Below are positions 35,101-48,785 of a stretch of 64,000 bases of DNA, in pieces (the first letter of the stretch is position 1; each line of letters opens with the position of its first letter). The DNA comes from Heterodontus francisci. Its lineage: Eukaryota. The position numbers and the translations under genes were made by a program. The DNA lies in contig NC_090399.1 of the NCBI RefSeq assembly GCF_036365525.1, positions 31,466,430 to 31,530,429 on the forward strand. Direction: 5' to 3'. Under the pieces are notes generated by a model. It made no database searches. It had not been told where the DNA came from and saw only the letters and a list, made by a program, of their open reading frames with translations.

Positions 35101-38098
35101 GAAGGGCAGTGGATGTTATCTAAATGGACTTCAGTAAAGCCTTTAACAAGGTCCCTCATGGCAGACTGATACAAAAGGTGAGGTCACATGTGATCAGAGG
35201 GGAGCTGGCAAGATGGATACAGAACTGGCTCGGTCATAGTAGACAGAGGGTAGCAGTGGAAGGGTGCTTTTCTGAATGGAGGGATGTGACTAGTGGTGTT
35301 CCGCAGGGATCAGTGCTGGGACCTTTGCTGTTTGTAGTATATATAAATGATTTGGAGGAAAATGTAGCTGGTCTGATTAGTAAGTTTGCGGACAACACAA
35401 AGGTTGGTGGAGTTGCGGACAGTGATGAGGATTGTCAGAGGATACAGCAGGATATAGATCAGTTGGAGACTTGGGTGGAGAAATGGCAGATGGAGTTTAA
35501 TTCGAACAAATATGAGGTAATGCATTTTGGAAGGTCTAATGCAGGTGGGAAGTATACAGTAAATGGCAGAACCCTTAGGGGTATTGACAGGCAGAGAGAT
35601 CTGGGCGTACAGGTCCACAGGTCACTGAAAGAGGCAATGCAGGTGGATAAGGTAGTCAAGAAGGCATACAGCATGCTTGCCTTCATCGGTCTGGGCATAG
35701 AGTATAAAAATAGGCAAGTCATGCTGCAGCTGTACAGAACTTTAGTTAGGCCACACTTAGAATATTGCGTGCAATTCTGGTCGCCACACTACCAGAAGGA
35801 TGTGGAGGCTTTGGAGAGGGTACAGAAGAGGTTTACCAGGATTTTGCCTGGTCTGGAGGGCATTAGCTATGAGGAGAGGTTGGATAAACTCGTATTGTTT
35901 TCACTGGAACGACGGAGGTGGAGGGGCAACATGATAGAGGTTTACAAAGTTATAGGCGGCATGGACAGAGTGGATAGTCAGAAGTTTTTTCCCAGGGTGG
36001 AAGAGTCAGTTACTAGGGGACATAGGTTTAAGGTGCAAGGGGCAAAGTTTAGAGGGGATGTGCGAGGCACGTTCTTTACACAGAGGGTGGTGAATGTCTG
36101 GAACTTGTTGCCGGGGGTGGTAGGTGCCGTAGGTGGAAGCAGGTACCATAGAGACGTTTAAGAGGCATCTTGACAAATACATGAATAGGATGGGAATAGA
36201 GGGATATGGACGCCGGAAGTGCAGATGGTTTTAGTTTAGGTAGGCATCAAGATCGGCGCAGGCTTGGAGGGCTGAATGACCTGTTCCTGTGCTGTACTGT
36301 TCTTTGTTCTTTGACCCATTAGGGACCAAGGGGGAAATATGTGGGTGGAGCCAGAGGACATTGGTAGGGTGTTGAATGAACACTTCATATCTGTCTTCAC
36401 CCAAGAGAATGAGGATGTAGATATGGAACTCAGAGAGAGAGACTGTGAGGTTCTTGAGCAAATTGTCATAGGGAGTGACAAGATATTGGAGGTTTTGGCA
36501 GGCTTAAAAGTGGACAAACCTCCAGGTCCGGATAATTTGTGTCCCTGGATGCTGTGGGAGGTGAGGGTGGAGATTGCAGGGGCTCTGACCCAAATTTTTA
36601 ACTCCTCTCTGGCCACGGGGGAGGTGCCAGAGGACTGGAGAACAGCTAATGTGGTCCCACTATTTAAGAAAGGTTGTAGAGAGATAAGCCACGGAACTAC
36701 AGACCAGTGAGTCTCACGTCAGTGGTAGGGAAACTATTGGAGAAAATTCTGAAGGAGAGAATCTATCTCCACTTGGAGAGGCAAAATTTGATTAGGAATA
36801 GTCAGCATGGCTTTGTCAAAGGGAGGTCATGCCTAACAAATGTGATTGAATTTTTTGAGCATGTGACCAGGCGTATAGATGAGGGTAGTGCAGTTGATGT
36901 AGTTTACATGGATTTCAGCAAAGCCTTTGACAAGGTCCCACATGGGAGACTTATCAAGAAAGCAAATGCACATGGGATACAAGGTAACTTGATAAGGTGG
37001 ATTCAAAATGGGCTTAGCTGTAGGAGACAGAGAGTGATGACAGATGGCTGTTTTAGTGACTGGAAGCCAGTGTCCAGTGATGTACCACAGGGATCTGTGC
37101 TGGGTTCCCTATTGTTTGTCATTTATATAAACGACATAGATGACTATGTGGGGGGTAGGATCAGTAAGTTCGCGGATGACATAAAGATTGGCCAAGTGGT
37201 TAACAGTGAGGTTGAGTGTCTTGGGTTACAGGAAGATATAGATGGGATGGTCAAATGGGCAGAAAAGTGGCAGATGGAACTTAACCCTGAAAAGTGTGAG
37301 GTGATACACTTTGGAAGGAGTAATGTGACACCGAAGTATTCAATGAATGGCCTGACACTGGGAAGTTCCGAGGAACAAAGGGACCTTGGTGTGTTTGTCC
37401 ATAGATCTCTGAAGGCAGAAGGGCAGGTTAATAGGGTGGTGAAAAAGGCATATGGGACACTTGCCTTTATCAATCGAGGCATAGATTACAAAAGCAGGGA
37501 GGTCATGTTGGAGTTGTACAGAACTTTGGTAAGGCCACAGCTGGAGTACTGTGTGCAATTCTGGTCGCCACATTATAGGAAGGATGTGATTGCACTGGAG
37601 GGGGTGCAGAGGCGAATCACCAGGTTGTTGCCTGGGATGGAACATTTAAGCTATGAAGAGAGGTTGGATAGGCTTGGGTTGTTTTCGCTGGAGCAGAGAA
37701 GACTGAGGGGTGACCTGATCGAGGTGTATAAGATTATGAGGGGCATGGACAGGGTGGATAGGGAGCAGCTGTTCCCCTTAGTTGAAGGGTAAGTTACTAG
37801 GGGACACAAGTTTAAGGTGAGCGGCAGGAGGTTTACGGGGGATTTGAGGAAGAACTTTTTTACCCAGAGGGTGGTGACGGTCTGGAATGCCCTGCCTGGG
37901 AGGGTGGTAGAGGCGGGTTGCCTCACATCCTTTAAAAAGTACCTGGATGAGCATTTGGCACATCATAACATTCAAGGCTATTGGCCACGTGCTGGCAAAT
38001 GGGATTAGGTAGACAGGTCAGGTGTCTTTAGTGCATTGGTGCAGACTCAATGGGCCGAAGGGCTTCTTGTGCACTGTATTATTCTGTGATTCTGTGAT
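32195..38098 (+). mobile_element. Near full-length but mutated CR1 LINE (5'UTR, ORF1 Zn-finger and SGNH esterase, ORF2 APE-RT), interrupted by a second CR1
   Basis: ORF1 CRKCVQLQ and HVGTNDIGRK; APE ITETWL, GDFNFP, SDH; RT 36707..37792; (attctgtg)n tail. In-frame stops are present. Confidence 0.92.
34649..36312 (+). mobile_element. 5'-truncated CR1 inserted co-directionally into the host CR1
   Basis: Has its own (ttctttg)n tail. gacc is duplicated at 34645-48 and 36313-16, and removing the insert restores ...aataggacccattagggacc... Confidence 0.8.
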
Positions 38099-38209
38099 TT
38101 CCCCATTTCTCTATCACTATTTCTCCCCAGAGCGGAGTGGATTTTGGGATTGAGACTGGGATCTTCCTACCCAAGATATATTCTGAGTGAGCTGGTTGCA
38201 AACTCCACC

Positions 38210-39000
38210 ATGTAACCAAAGCCGTATACATTTCCTTACTCATACTCCAATCCTCTTGCAGTAAATGCCAACATACCATTTGCCTTCCAAATTGCTGGCT
38301 GCCCCTGCATGTTAACGGTTGGTGATTTGTGTATGAGGACACCCAAATCCCTTTGAACACCAACATTTAATATAAAAGGAAAATACTGCTGATGCTGGGA
38401 ATCCGAAATAAAAACAGAAAATAGTGGAAATACTCAACAGATAAGGCAGCATCTGTCGAGAGTTAACATTTCAAGTCTGTCACCTTTCATCAGAACCAAT
38501 TCTCTGTTCCTCTCTCCACAGATGTCGCCTGACCTACTGAATATTATCAATATTTAATAGTTTCACACCACTTAAAAATATTCTCGTTTCTATTCTTCCT
38601 GTCAAAGTGAGTAACCTCATTTCTCCATGGTAAATTTCCAGCTGCTACTTTCTTGCCCATTCACTTAAACCGTTCATATCTCTTTCCAACCTCTCTGTGT
38701 CCTCCTCACTTTTCCCACCTAACTTTATATCATTGCCAAACTTGGATACATCACATTCAATCCTTCATCTAAGTTATTGATATAGACTGTACATATCTGC
38801 GGCTCTAATACTGATCCATGTCGCACCCACTTGTACCAGTCTGCCAACTTGAAAATGGCCCATTTATTCCTACTCTCGCTTTTCTGCCCTTTCACCAATC
38901 CTCCATTCAAACTAATATATTATCTCTGACCCCAGGAGCCTTTATTTTGTGCTACAATGTTTCATGAGGCACCTTACTGAATGCCTTTTGAAAATCCAAA
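38210..39000 (-). mobile_element. Degenerate CR1 RT fragment with a Penelope terminal fragment at about 38370-38550
   Basis: The reverse strand shows ggatcagtattagag and tatccaagtttggcaatgat, CR1 RT-like. Confidence 0.7.
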
Positions 39001-39584
39001 TATCCTTCTGTCACTCCCTGTCTCTCGGTCACCCTCTCAATTGTGATCAGATGCTGCAAATGTTGTTACACTCAGTACACACGGTAACTTAATGTTACAA
39101 TAAGATGCTATAATCTCTATTCAGATAACTGTCATCCCACAGGGGCAAAGTTTCACTGGGTTAACATTCTCACCAAACACTCAAGCATTCAAGCATTCCA
39201 CAATGCGAGATTCACAAATTCAACACAAGTTTCCTTTTAACTATCGCTGTGGTCTGTTTGGACTCTCTGATCGATTACTGGTGCTTATCCTCCACATGAG
39301 CAGTTGTCCTTATCCCATGTGCCTGTACCTGCTCCCACACGCAGCATCCGATTACAATAAGGCAAGTAACACAGGAGCGTCTCAGTGACTGAGGCAGGTG
39401 AGCCTTGAACTTGACCTGGGTGTGTGAGTGTCCCGGGTTAATCCAACACTCCCAAGTTGAGTTTCTCCCCCGAACTTTCCATGTCCTGCCTGACTGTTCC
39501 CAGTGAGTTTCTAATCCTCCCAAATCAATAGTGAGAAATGTGAGGGTGAATCCATTTTGCCTGGGAAATGGAGTCAGGCTGTAA

Positions 39585-39955
39585 GTTTTTTTTTTCCAAA
39601 AATATACTTTATTCATAAAAATGTATTCATAAAAATACATTACATAAGAGTTCAAAATTTGACATTACATAAAGTACAATACAGATCAGTTTCTTTCAAT
39701 ACAGTACATGAGGTGTCTCACTACACTTTGTCATTACAGATTATATTTGCAATGCACATTTACATTTCATATCGAACATTCTCTGGTACATGCAGCCCAA
39801 GGGTTTTTACATGGGTTCCAGCCCCTCGGTTCACTATGGTGGGAGGAACGTACACAATGGCCTTTCCCCATTGAGCCTTGCGGTGGCTGCCCCAAGCTTT
39901 AGTGAGTCCCTCAGCATGTAATCCTGGACCTTGGAATGTGACAGTCTGCAAGTGG
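39585..39955 (-). mobile_element. Tx1/L1-clade LINE 3' end; related copies at about 43540-43905(-), 54385-54860(-) and 30650-30785(+)
   Basis: The reverse strand ends aataaagtatatttttggaaaaaaa. The ORF end resembles CRLAHSKVQD...LKLGAA..KAQWGKA. Confidence 0.65.
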
Positions 39956-40371
39956 GTGGGGTTAGGCAGCTGCAAAGCACCCTTCCTATCCACATTTTAA
40001 ATTGCAGCCCCGGTAAAGGTAGCAGGAGACATACTACACATTAAACTAGTTTTTAAGATTATTTACTTATCTGGTTTTGGCTGCAAGATTAACAAGTAAG
40101 CAACTTAACTGGCACCAAGGTTCCTGCACCTATCTGAGCTAATTTCACAGATTATCCAATTCAGAAGATAACACCTCCTGCTAAGAGCCCTTCTCCCCAT
40201 TCACCTACTTTCACTTTCATAATATCGCCCGACTTCATCACTTTCTCAGTTCATCCATGCAGTTGTTACGTCTAGACTCGACTATTCCAATGCTCTCCTG
40301 GCTGGCCTCCCACATTCTACCCTCCATAAACCTGAGCTCATAAACTCTGCTGCTTCAACCCTTACTCACAC

Positions 40372-41355
40372 TGATAAGTGGCAAGTAACATTTGCGTCAC
40401 ACAAGTGTCAGGCAATGACCATCTCCAAAATCAGATCAGCCATCTAATCATCTCCCCTTGACTTTCAATGGCATTACCATTTCTGAATCCCCCACCATCA
40501 ACATCATGGGGGTTACCATTGACCAGAAATTGAACTGGAAGAGCCATATAAATACCATGGCTACAAGAGCAGGTCAGAGGCTGGGAATCCTGTGGCCAGT
40601 AACTCACCTCCTGACTCCCCAAAGCCTGTCCACCATCTACAAGGCACAAGTCAGGAGTGTGATGGAATACTCTCCACTTGCCTGGATGGGTGCAGCTCCA
40701 ACAACACTCAAGAAGCTCAACACCATCCCGGACAAAGCAGCCCGCTTGATTGGCACCCCATCTACAAATATTCACTCACTTCACCCCTGATGCACAGTGG
40801 CAGCAGTGCGTACCATCTACAGGATGCACTGCAGCAAATCACCAAGGCTCCTTCGACAGCACCTTCCAAACCTGTGACCTCTATCACCTAGAAGGACCGG
40901 GCAGCAAATGCATAGGAACACCACCACCTGCAAGTTCCCTTGCCAGTCACATTTAAGATCATATGATCATAAGAAATAGGAGCAGGAGTAGGCCATTTGA
41001 CCCTCGAGCCTGCTCTGCCATTCAATAAGATCGTGGCTGATCTAATAGTGGCCTCAATTCCATTTCCTGCTGGCCTACCATAACCCTTTACTCCCTTGTA
41101 GATCAAAAATCTGTCTAACTCAGCCTTGAATATATTCAATGACCCAGCCTCCACTGGTCTCTGAGGAAGAGAATTCCAAAGAACTTGGAACTATATTGCT
41201 GTTCCTTCACTGTTGCTGGATCAAAATCCTGGAACTCCCTTCCTCACAGGTTCAAGAAGGCAGCTCACCACCACCTTCTCAAGGGCAATTAGGGATGGAC
41301 AACAAATGCTGACCTAGCCAGCGAGGCCCACATCCCATGAAGAAATAAAAATAAA
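40372..41355 (+). mobile_element. CR1/L2-group LINE 3' part (distinct family) with an antisense CR1 3' end at about 40955-41182
   Basis: ORF 40458..40790 (GVTIDQKLNW...TIYKAQVRSVMEYS). Confidence 0.75.
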
Positions 41356-42214
41356 CCCTTGCTGATATATACCAACTCCGGTTAAGACTTGTGCAGCTCT
41401 GTGTCAAATTTTGTCTGATAACCTTCCTGTGAGGCCTTGAGATGTTTTATTATGATAAAGGCGCCATATAAATGCAAGATATTTTTGAGTGGAGTGTGTG
41501 AAGGTGGCTATGGAGTGCACATTGTCTCATTGACCCTGCTATCTCAGTGGGTAGCAGTAAACTCTGTGACTTCCCCCATTCTCAGTACAGCTTTCACACT
41601 CTCTGCCAGCTGTAAACAGGATGCTCGGAGGAATCTGAAGTTCAACTCTGTGACTTCCTTCAAACTCAGCACCTCAGTCTCGCAACACAAAAATCAACGG
41701 CTGGCCCAAAGACACGGAGCGGATCACACTGGGACTCCGGTGCGACACTAAAGAACAAGTCCCTCTTTTATAGGTGTCTTATTACATTGGGCTTATCAAA
41801 GGTAATTTAAAGTGATAAGTTTATCTTCCAGTGATCTGGATAACGTGTGCAACACCCAGTTAAACTGGATTCATTCAATTTGATTTAAAGAGACACCACC
41901 TCTTCTGCTGAACTAGATTGAATACAATGCAAAAAGCAGAATACTGCAAATACTGGAAATCTGAAATAACAGAAATTGCTGGAAATGCTCAGCAGGTTTG
42001 GCAGCTTCAGAGGAGATAGGAACAGAGTTAATGTTTCAGGTTGATGACCTTTCATTAGAATATTTTTATTCATATTATACAACCCAATACATACAGCGAC
42101 CATGAAATTACTGGTACAGTCGAACACAAGATACCTATTCAGGGAGTGGTCAAAGCTAGACCAGGTCAAGTCCCACTGAGCTTTTGTGTGCTGTATCCTT
42201 TATAGTCTTAATAT

Positions 42215-43155
42215 TATTATATCTATTGTAAAGGATGTTGTAACTGGACACTTAGAAAATAATGACATGATTGGGCTGAGTCAACATGGATTTGTGAAAG
42301 GGAAATCACGTTTGACAAACCTGGTGGAGTTTTTTGAGGATATTACTTGTAGCATAGATAAAGCAGAACCAGTGGATGTGGTGTATTTGGATTTTCAGAA
42401 GTCTTTTGATAAGGTCCCACACAGGAAGTTAGTAAACAAAATTAGAGATACATGGGATTGGGGGGAATATACAGCAATGGATTGAGACTTGGTTAACAGA
42501 CAGAAAACGGAGAGTAGGAATAAAAGGGTCATTCTCAGGATGGCAGGTTGTTATTTATAAGGTACCACAGGATAAGTGCTTGGGCCACAGCTGTTTACAG
42601 TCTATATAAATTATTTGGATGTGGGGATCAAATGTAATTTCCAAATTTTCTGATGACACAAACTACTTGGGGATGTAAGTTGTGAGGAGGTTGCAAGGTG
42701 GCTTCAAGGGGACTTGGACAGGCTAATTGAGTGGGCAAGACCATGGCAGATGGAATATAATGCGAATAAGTGTGAAGTTATCCACTTTGGAAAAGAAAAG
42801 AAAGGCAGAGTATTAATTAAATGGTGAGAGGTTGGGAAGTGTTGATAACCAAAGGGACCTGGGTGTCCTTATTCATGAGTCGCTAAAAGATAACATGCAA
42901 GTGCAGCAAGCAATTAGGAAGGCAAATGGTATGTTAGCGTTCATCGCAAGGGGTTTTGAGGACAGAAGTAAAGAAGTCTTGCTACAATTGTATAGAGCCT
43001 TGGTGAGACTGCACAGGGAGTATTGTGTACAATTTTGATTTCCTTATCTAAGGAAGGATATACTTGCCATAGAGGAAGTGTAACGAAGGTTCACCAGACT
43101 AATCCCTGGGATGGCAGGACTGTCTTATGAGGAGAGATTGCAGGAACTAGGCCTG
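42215..43155 (+). mobile_element. Degenerate CR1 RT fragment
   Basis: QHGFVKGKS, YLDFQKSFDKVPH and RDLGVL motifs. Confidence 0.87.
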
Positions 43156-45727
43156 ACAGCAGCCCTGCCCATACTAACACTAGACATGCCTCCTCATCTT
43201 CCTTGGACTGTAAGGTGTTAGCTTTTGAGAAGTAGAAGACCAGCACCCTGGTCCCTGTTTCTCGTCCTTTATGTAATTGACAGATTCACGAATCTATGAC
43301 CTATCTGACGGATGTTTCTGAATGAATGACAGTACACTGAATACTATGTGCAGTTAACATGGCCATATACTCACCAGAAGGGGCACCATTGTGGAGGTTA
43401 CACTTGTCAGTTTTGAATCAATTTACTCTAATGATCACGCACATACAGCTACCTGGATGGACAATTTTTGAGTAGTATCAGATGATGCGCCTTGAACCCA
43501 TTAACATTAAGACTGCAGTCATATGATCACCTTGTGTAATTGTTTTTTCAAAAAATATACTTTATTCATAAAATTTTTGGAAGTACGTTAGATAAGAGCT
43601 CAACTTTGACTTTACATAAAGTGCAATACAGTTCACTTTCTTTCAGTACAGTATGTGGCAATCTGAGGTGCCTCACTGCACTTACAATTTGCTGTTTATA
43701 TTTACAATGTACCTTTATATTTCATGTCAAACATTCTCTGGTGCATACAGCCCAAGGGGTTTTACACAAGTTTCAACCCCTTGGTATACTATGGTGCCCT
43801 CCCTTAGATTGTGATCATTTGCAGCATCTGCCCTAAGCTTTCGCGCGTCCCTCAGTGTGTTGTCCTGAACCTTGGAATGTGCCAGTCTGCAACACTCGGT
43901 CATGTAATATGTTAGTGCACCAGCAGCTGGCAATGTTGTACCATATAATGCTTCATTCTGGCTGGAAGGTAGGTTTCATTCATTGCTTCCGAATGGCACG
44001 TGTGAAAACCTTGCACAATTGTTACAGTTCACTTATGTCTCAGGATATCAGCAATTTTAACCCAGACATGTTGTCTCCAAACTAGGCCATGATACACATG
44101 ATAAATGACAAGCAGGATACAACTAACTGGTCGATCAAACCTACCCTACAGCCATGCTGCCAGGAGCAGCTGCCCAAACACTTCCTAACACCAATCCCCC
44201 TTCCCACCCTGTTGCCAGCAGCCTGGGAGAGACAGAAATCCGGGGGAAATCCCAGGACCAATAAGGGGAAAAAGAAACATGGATAATTCCTTTCCAATCG
44301 CCTCAGCAGATCACATGGGCTATTGTGTTAACTGTTAAACCACTACCTTTTACATTACAAAGTTGCAAGGTATTAGCAAAGACGTGAAGGATTTGGTGAA
44401 TGGACAGAAGAGATTTACTAGAATGGGTCCAGCGATGAGGTTATCACAGTTACATGGATAGACTGGGGTTCTTCTCCTTCGAGCAGAGAAGCCTAAAAGG
44501 AGATTTGATGGAGGTGTTTAAATTTATGCAGGGTTTAGAAGGAGTAAATAAAGAGAAGCTTTTTCCAATGGCTGAAGGATCAATAACCAGAGGGCACAGA
44601 TTGAAGGTGATTGTCAAAAGAACCAGAGGCGACATGAGGAAAAAACATATTTGAGCGGTGAGTGCTCAGGATTTGAAATGCAATGCTTGATAGGGCGGTG
44701 GATACAGATTCAATAGTCACCTTCAAAATGGAATTGGATAATAAATGAATGAGAAAAAAATTGCAGGGATATGGAGAAAGATCAGGGAAGTGGTACTAAG
44801 GGTCTTCAAAAGAGTTAGCATTGACTTGATGGGCTGAAAGGCCTCTTACTGTGCTGTACTATTCCATGTACTATATTCCCCCTCTGAGACTAAACCAGAC
44901 TCTTTGCAGCCTTGATGTCATATTTGAGGAGCTTCCAACCATATATTTGTGCCATCACTGAGACTGTCTATTTCCATCTCTACAACATCGCCCGACTTTA
45001 CCCCTGTCTCAGCTCATCTGCTGCTGAAACCCTCATTCATTCCTTTGTTTGCTCTACATTTGACTATTCCAACACACTCCTGGCTGACCCCCCACATTCT
45101 ACCCTCCATTAACTTGTGACCATCAAAATTCTGCTGCCCATGTCCCAACTCGCACCAAGTCCCGTTCTCCTATCACCCACTGTGCTCGCTGACCTACATT
45201 GGCTCCCAGTGCAGCAATGCCTTGATTTTAAAATTCTCATCCTTGTTTTCAAATTTTTCCATGGCCTCGCTCTTTCCTATCTCTGTAATCTCCTCCAGAC
45301 CTACAACCCTCCAAGATATCTACGATAGTATTTCTAATTCTGGCCTCTTAAGTATCCCATGCCCAATTTTAATCACTCCACCATTGGTGGCCAGGCCTTC
45401 AGCTGCAAAGGCCCCAACCTCTGAAATTCCCTCCCTAAACTGCTCCACCTTTCTACTTTTCTTTCTTTAAGATGGTCCTTAAAAGTAACCTATTTGACCA
45501 GGCTTTTGGTCATCTGTTCTCCTATCTTAAGAGTCAGTCCTGTCTCTGAGTGGCAAAGTTCAAGTCCCACTCCAGGATTTTGAGCACAAAAATCTAACCT
45601 GACACTCCAGTACAATCCTGAGGGAGTGCTGCACTGTCGGAAGTGCCGTCTTTCAGATGAGATATTAAACCGAGGTCCCATCCTCCTGCTCCGGTGGATG
45701 TAAAAGATCCCACAGCCTTATTTCAAA

Positions 45728-48700
45728 CTGTTAAAAGAAGCAAGAGAGGAAATAGCGGAAGGTCTGACCATCATTTTCCAGTCCTCACTGGATACAGGTG
45801 TGGTGCCAGAAGATTGGAGAACTGTTAACGTTGTACCTCTGTTTAAAAAGGGAGTGAGGGATAGACCAAATAATTAAGGCCAGTCAGTCTAACCTCAGTA
45901 GTGGGAAAATTATTGGAATCTATTCTGAGGGACAGGATAAACTGTCACTTATAAAGGCACAGATTAATCAAGGATAGACAACATGGATTTGTTAAGAGAA
46001 GATCTTTGACCAACTTGATCAAATTTTTTAAAGAAATAACAAGGAAGATAAATGAGGGTAGTGCAATTGATGTGGTCTACATGGATTTTAGCAAGGCTTT
46101 TTACAAGGTCCCACATGGCAAACTAGTTAAAAAAATAAAATCCCATGGGATCCAGGGAAATGCAACAAGGTGGATACAAAATTGGCTCAGTAGATGGAAA
46201 CAAAGGGTAATTGTTGATAGCTGTTTTAGCGACTGGAGGGCTGTTTCTGGTGGCATTCCGCAGGGCTCAGTACTGGGTCCCGTGCTTTGTGTGGTATATA
46301 TTAACGAGTTGGACATAAATGTGAGGGGCATGATCAAGAAGTTTGCAGACGACACAAAGATTGGCAGTGTGGTAGATAGTGAAGAGAACAGCTGTAGGTT
46401 ACAGGAAGATATTGATGGTATGGTCAGATGGGCAGGAAAGTGGCAAATGGAATTCAACCCGAAGATGTGTTAGGTGATGCATTTGGGCAGGTCAAACAAG
46501 GCAAAGGAATACATGATTAATGGGAAAACACTGAGAAGTGTAGAGGAAGTGAGGGACCTTGGAGTGAATGTCCACAGATCCCTGAAGGTAGCAGGACAGG
46601 TCGATAAAGTGGTTAAGAAGGCATATGGAACCATTTCCTTTATTAGCCTAGGTATGGAATCTAAGAGCAGGGAGGTTATCCTGGAACTGTACAACTCATT
46701 GGTTAGGCCACAACTTGAGTACTGTGTACAGTTCTGGTCACCTCATTACAGAAAGGATGTAATTGCGCTAGAGAGGGTACAGAGGAGATTTATGAGGATG
46801 TTGCCAGGACTGGAAAAATGCAGCTATGAGGAAAGATTGGATAGGCTGGGGTTGTTCTCCTTGGAACAGAGAAGGCTGAGGGGCAATCTGATTGAAACAT
46901 TCAAAATTTTGAGGGGCCTGGATTCTTTTGGGCCTCCTTATCTCGAGAGACAATGGATACGCGCCTGGAGGTGGTCAGTGGTTTGTGAAGCAGCGCCTGG
47001 AGTGGCTATAAAGGCCAATTCTGGAGTGACAGGCTCTTCCACAGGTGCTGCAGAGAAATTTGTTTGTTGGGGCTGTTGCACAGTTGGCTCTCCCCTTGCG
47101 CCTCTGTCTTTTTTCCTGCCAACTACTAAGTCTCTTCGACTCGCCACAATTTAGCCCTGTCTTTATGGCTGCCCGCCAGCTCTGGCGAATGCTGGCAACT
47201 GACTCCCACGACTTGTGATCAATGTCACACGATTTCATGTCGCGTTTGCAGACGTCTTTATAACGGAGACATGGACGGCCGGTGGGTCTGATACCAGTGG
47301 CGAGCTCGCTGTACAATGTGTCTTTGGGGATCCTGCCATCTTCCATGCGGCTCACATGGCCAAGCCATCTCAAGCGCCGCTGACTCAGTAGTGTGTATAA
47401 GCTGGGGGTGTTGGCCGCTTCAAGGACTTCTGTGTTGGAGATATAGTCCTGCCACCTGATGCCAAGTATTCTCCGAAGGCAGCGAAGATGGAATGAATTG
47501 AGACGTCGCTCTTGGCTGGCATACGTTGTCCAGGCCTCGCTGCCGTAGAGCAAGGTACTGAGGACACAGGCCTGATACACTCGGACTTTTGTGTTCCGTG
47601 TCAGTGCGCCATTTTCCCACACTCTCTTGGCCAGTCTGGACATAGCAGTGGAAGCCTTACCCATGCGCTTGTTGATTTCTGCATCTAGAGACAGGTTACT
47701 GGTGATAGTTGAGCCTAGGTAGGTGAACTCTTGAACCACTTCCAGAGCGTCGTCGCCAATATTGATGGATGGAGCATTTCTGACATCCTGCCCCATGATG
47801 TTCGTTTTCTTGAGGCTGATGGTTAGGCCAAATTCATTGCAGGCAGACGCAAACCTGTCGATGAGACTCTGCAGGCATTCTTCAGTGTGAGATGTTAAAG
47901 CAGCATCGTCAGCAAAGAGGAGTTCTCTGATGAGGACTTTCCGTACTTTGGACTTCGCTCTTAGACGGGCAAGGTTGAACAACCTGCCCCCTGATCTTGT
48001 GTGGAGGAAAATTCCTTCTTCAGAGGATTTGAACGCATGTGAAAGCAGCAGGGAGAAGAAAATCCCAAAAAGTGTGGGTGCGAGAACACAGCCCTGTTTC
48101 ACACCACTCAGGATAGGAAAGGGCTCTGATGAGGAGCCACCATGTTGAATTGTGCCTTTCATATTGTCATGGAATGAGGTGATGATACTTAGTAGCTTTG
48201 GTGGACATCCGATCTTTTCTAGTAGTCTGAAGAGACCACGTCTGCTGACGAGGTCAAAGGCTTTGGTGAGATCAATGAAAGCAATGTAGAGGGGCATCTG
48301 TTGTTCACGGCATTTCTCCTGTATCTGACGAAGGGAGAACAGCATGTCAATAGTCGATCTCTCTGCACGAAAGCCACACTGTGCCTCAGGGTAGACGCGC
48401 TCGGCCAGCTTCTGGAGCCTGTTCAGAGCGACTCGAGCAAAGACTGGATAGAGTGGAGGTAAAGGGTCTATTCACCTTTGCAGAGAGGTTAGTGACGAAG
48501 GGGCATAGATTTAAAGTGATTGGTAGAAAAATTAGAGGGGAGATGAAGAAAAACTTGTTCACCCAGAGGGTGATGGGGGTCTAGAACTCACTGCCTGACA
48601 GGGTAATTGAGGCAGAAACCCACAACTCATTCAAAAGGAGTCTGGATATGCACCTCAAATGCCGTAATCTGTAGAGCTACGGACCAAATGCTGGGATTAG

Positions 48701-48785
48701 AATAAGTGGATCGTTTTTTGGCTGGCACAGACGCAATGGGCCAAGTGGCCTCTTTCAGTGCCTTAAGCATTGTATGATTCTATGA
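45728..48785 (+). mobile_element. 5'-truncated CR1 inside the SINE, itself split by an RTE
   Basis: ORFs 46006..46473 and 46474 onward; (tatgattc)n tail; ttcaaa duplicated at 45722-27 and 48786-91. Confidence 0.88.
46924..48443 (-). mobile_element. Young 5'-truncated RTE LINE with an uninterrupted RT and C-terminal Zn-finger frame
   Basis: ORF 46975..48345 (LFADD; CSTCGRACHSRIGLYSH). ctggat duplicated at 46918-23 and 48444-49. Many CpGs retained. Confidence 0.93.

Noticed and set aside
32195-38098. An autonomous, intact CR1
   Set aside because: ORF1 and ORF2 contain stops and frameshifts (for example stops at 34443 and 35121), and ORF2 is interrupted by a second copy.
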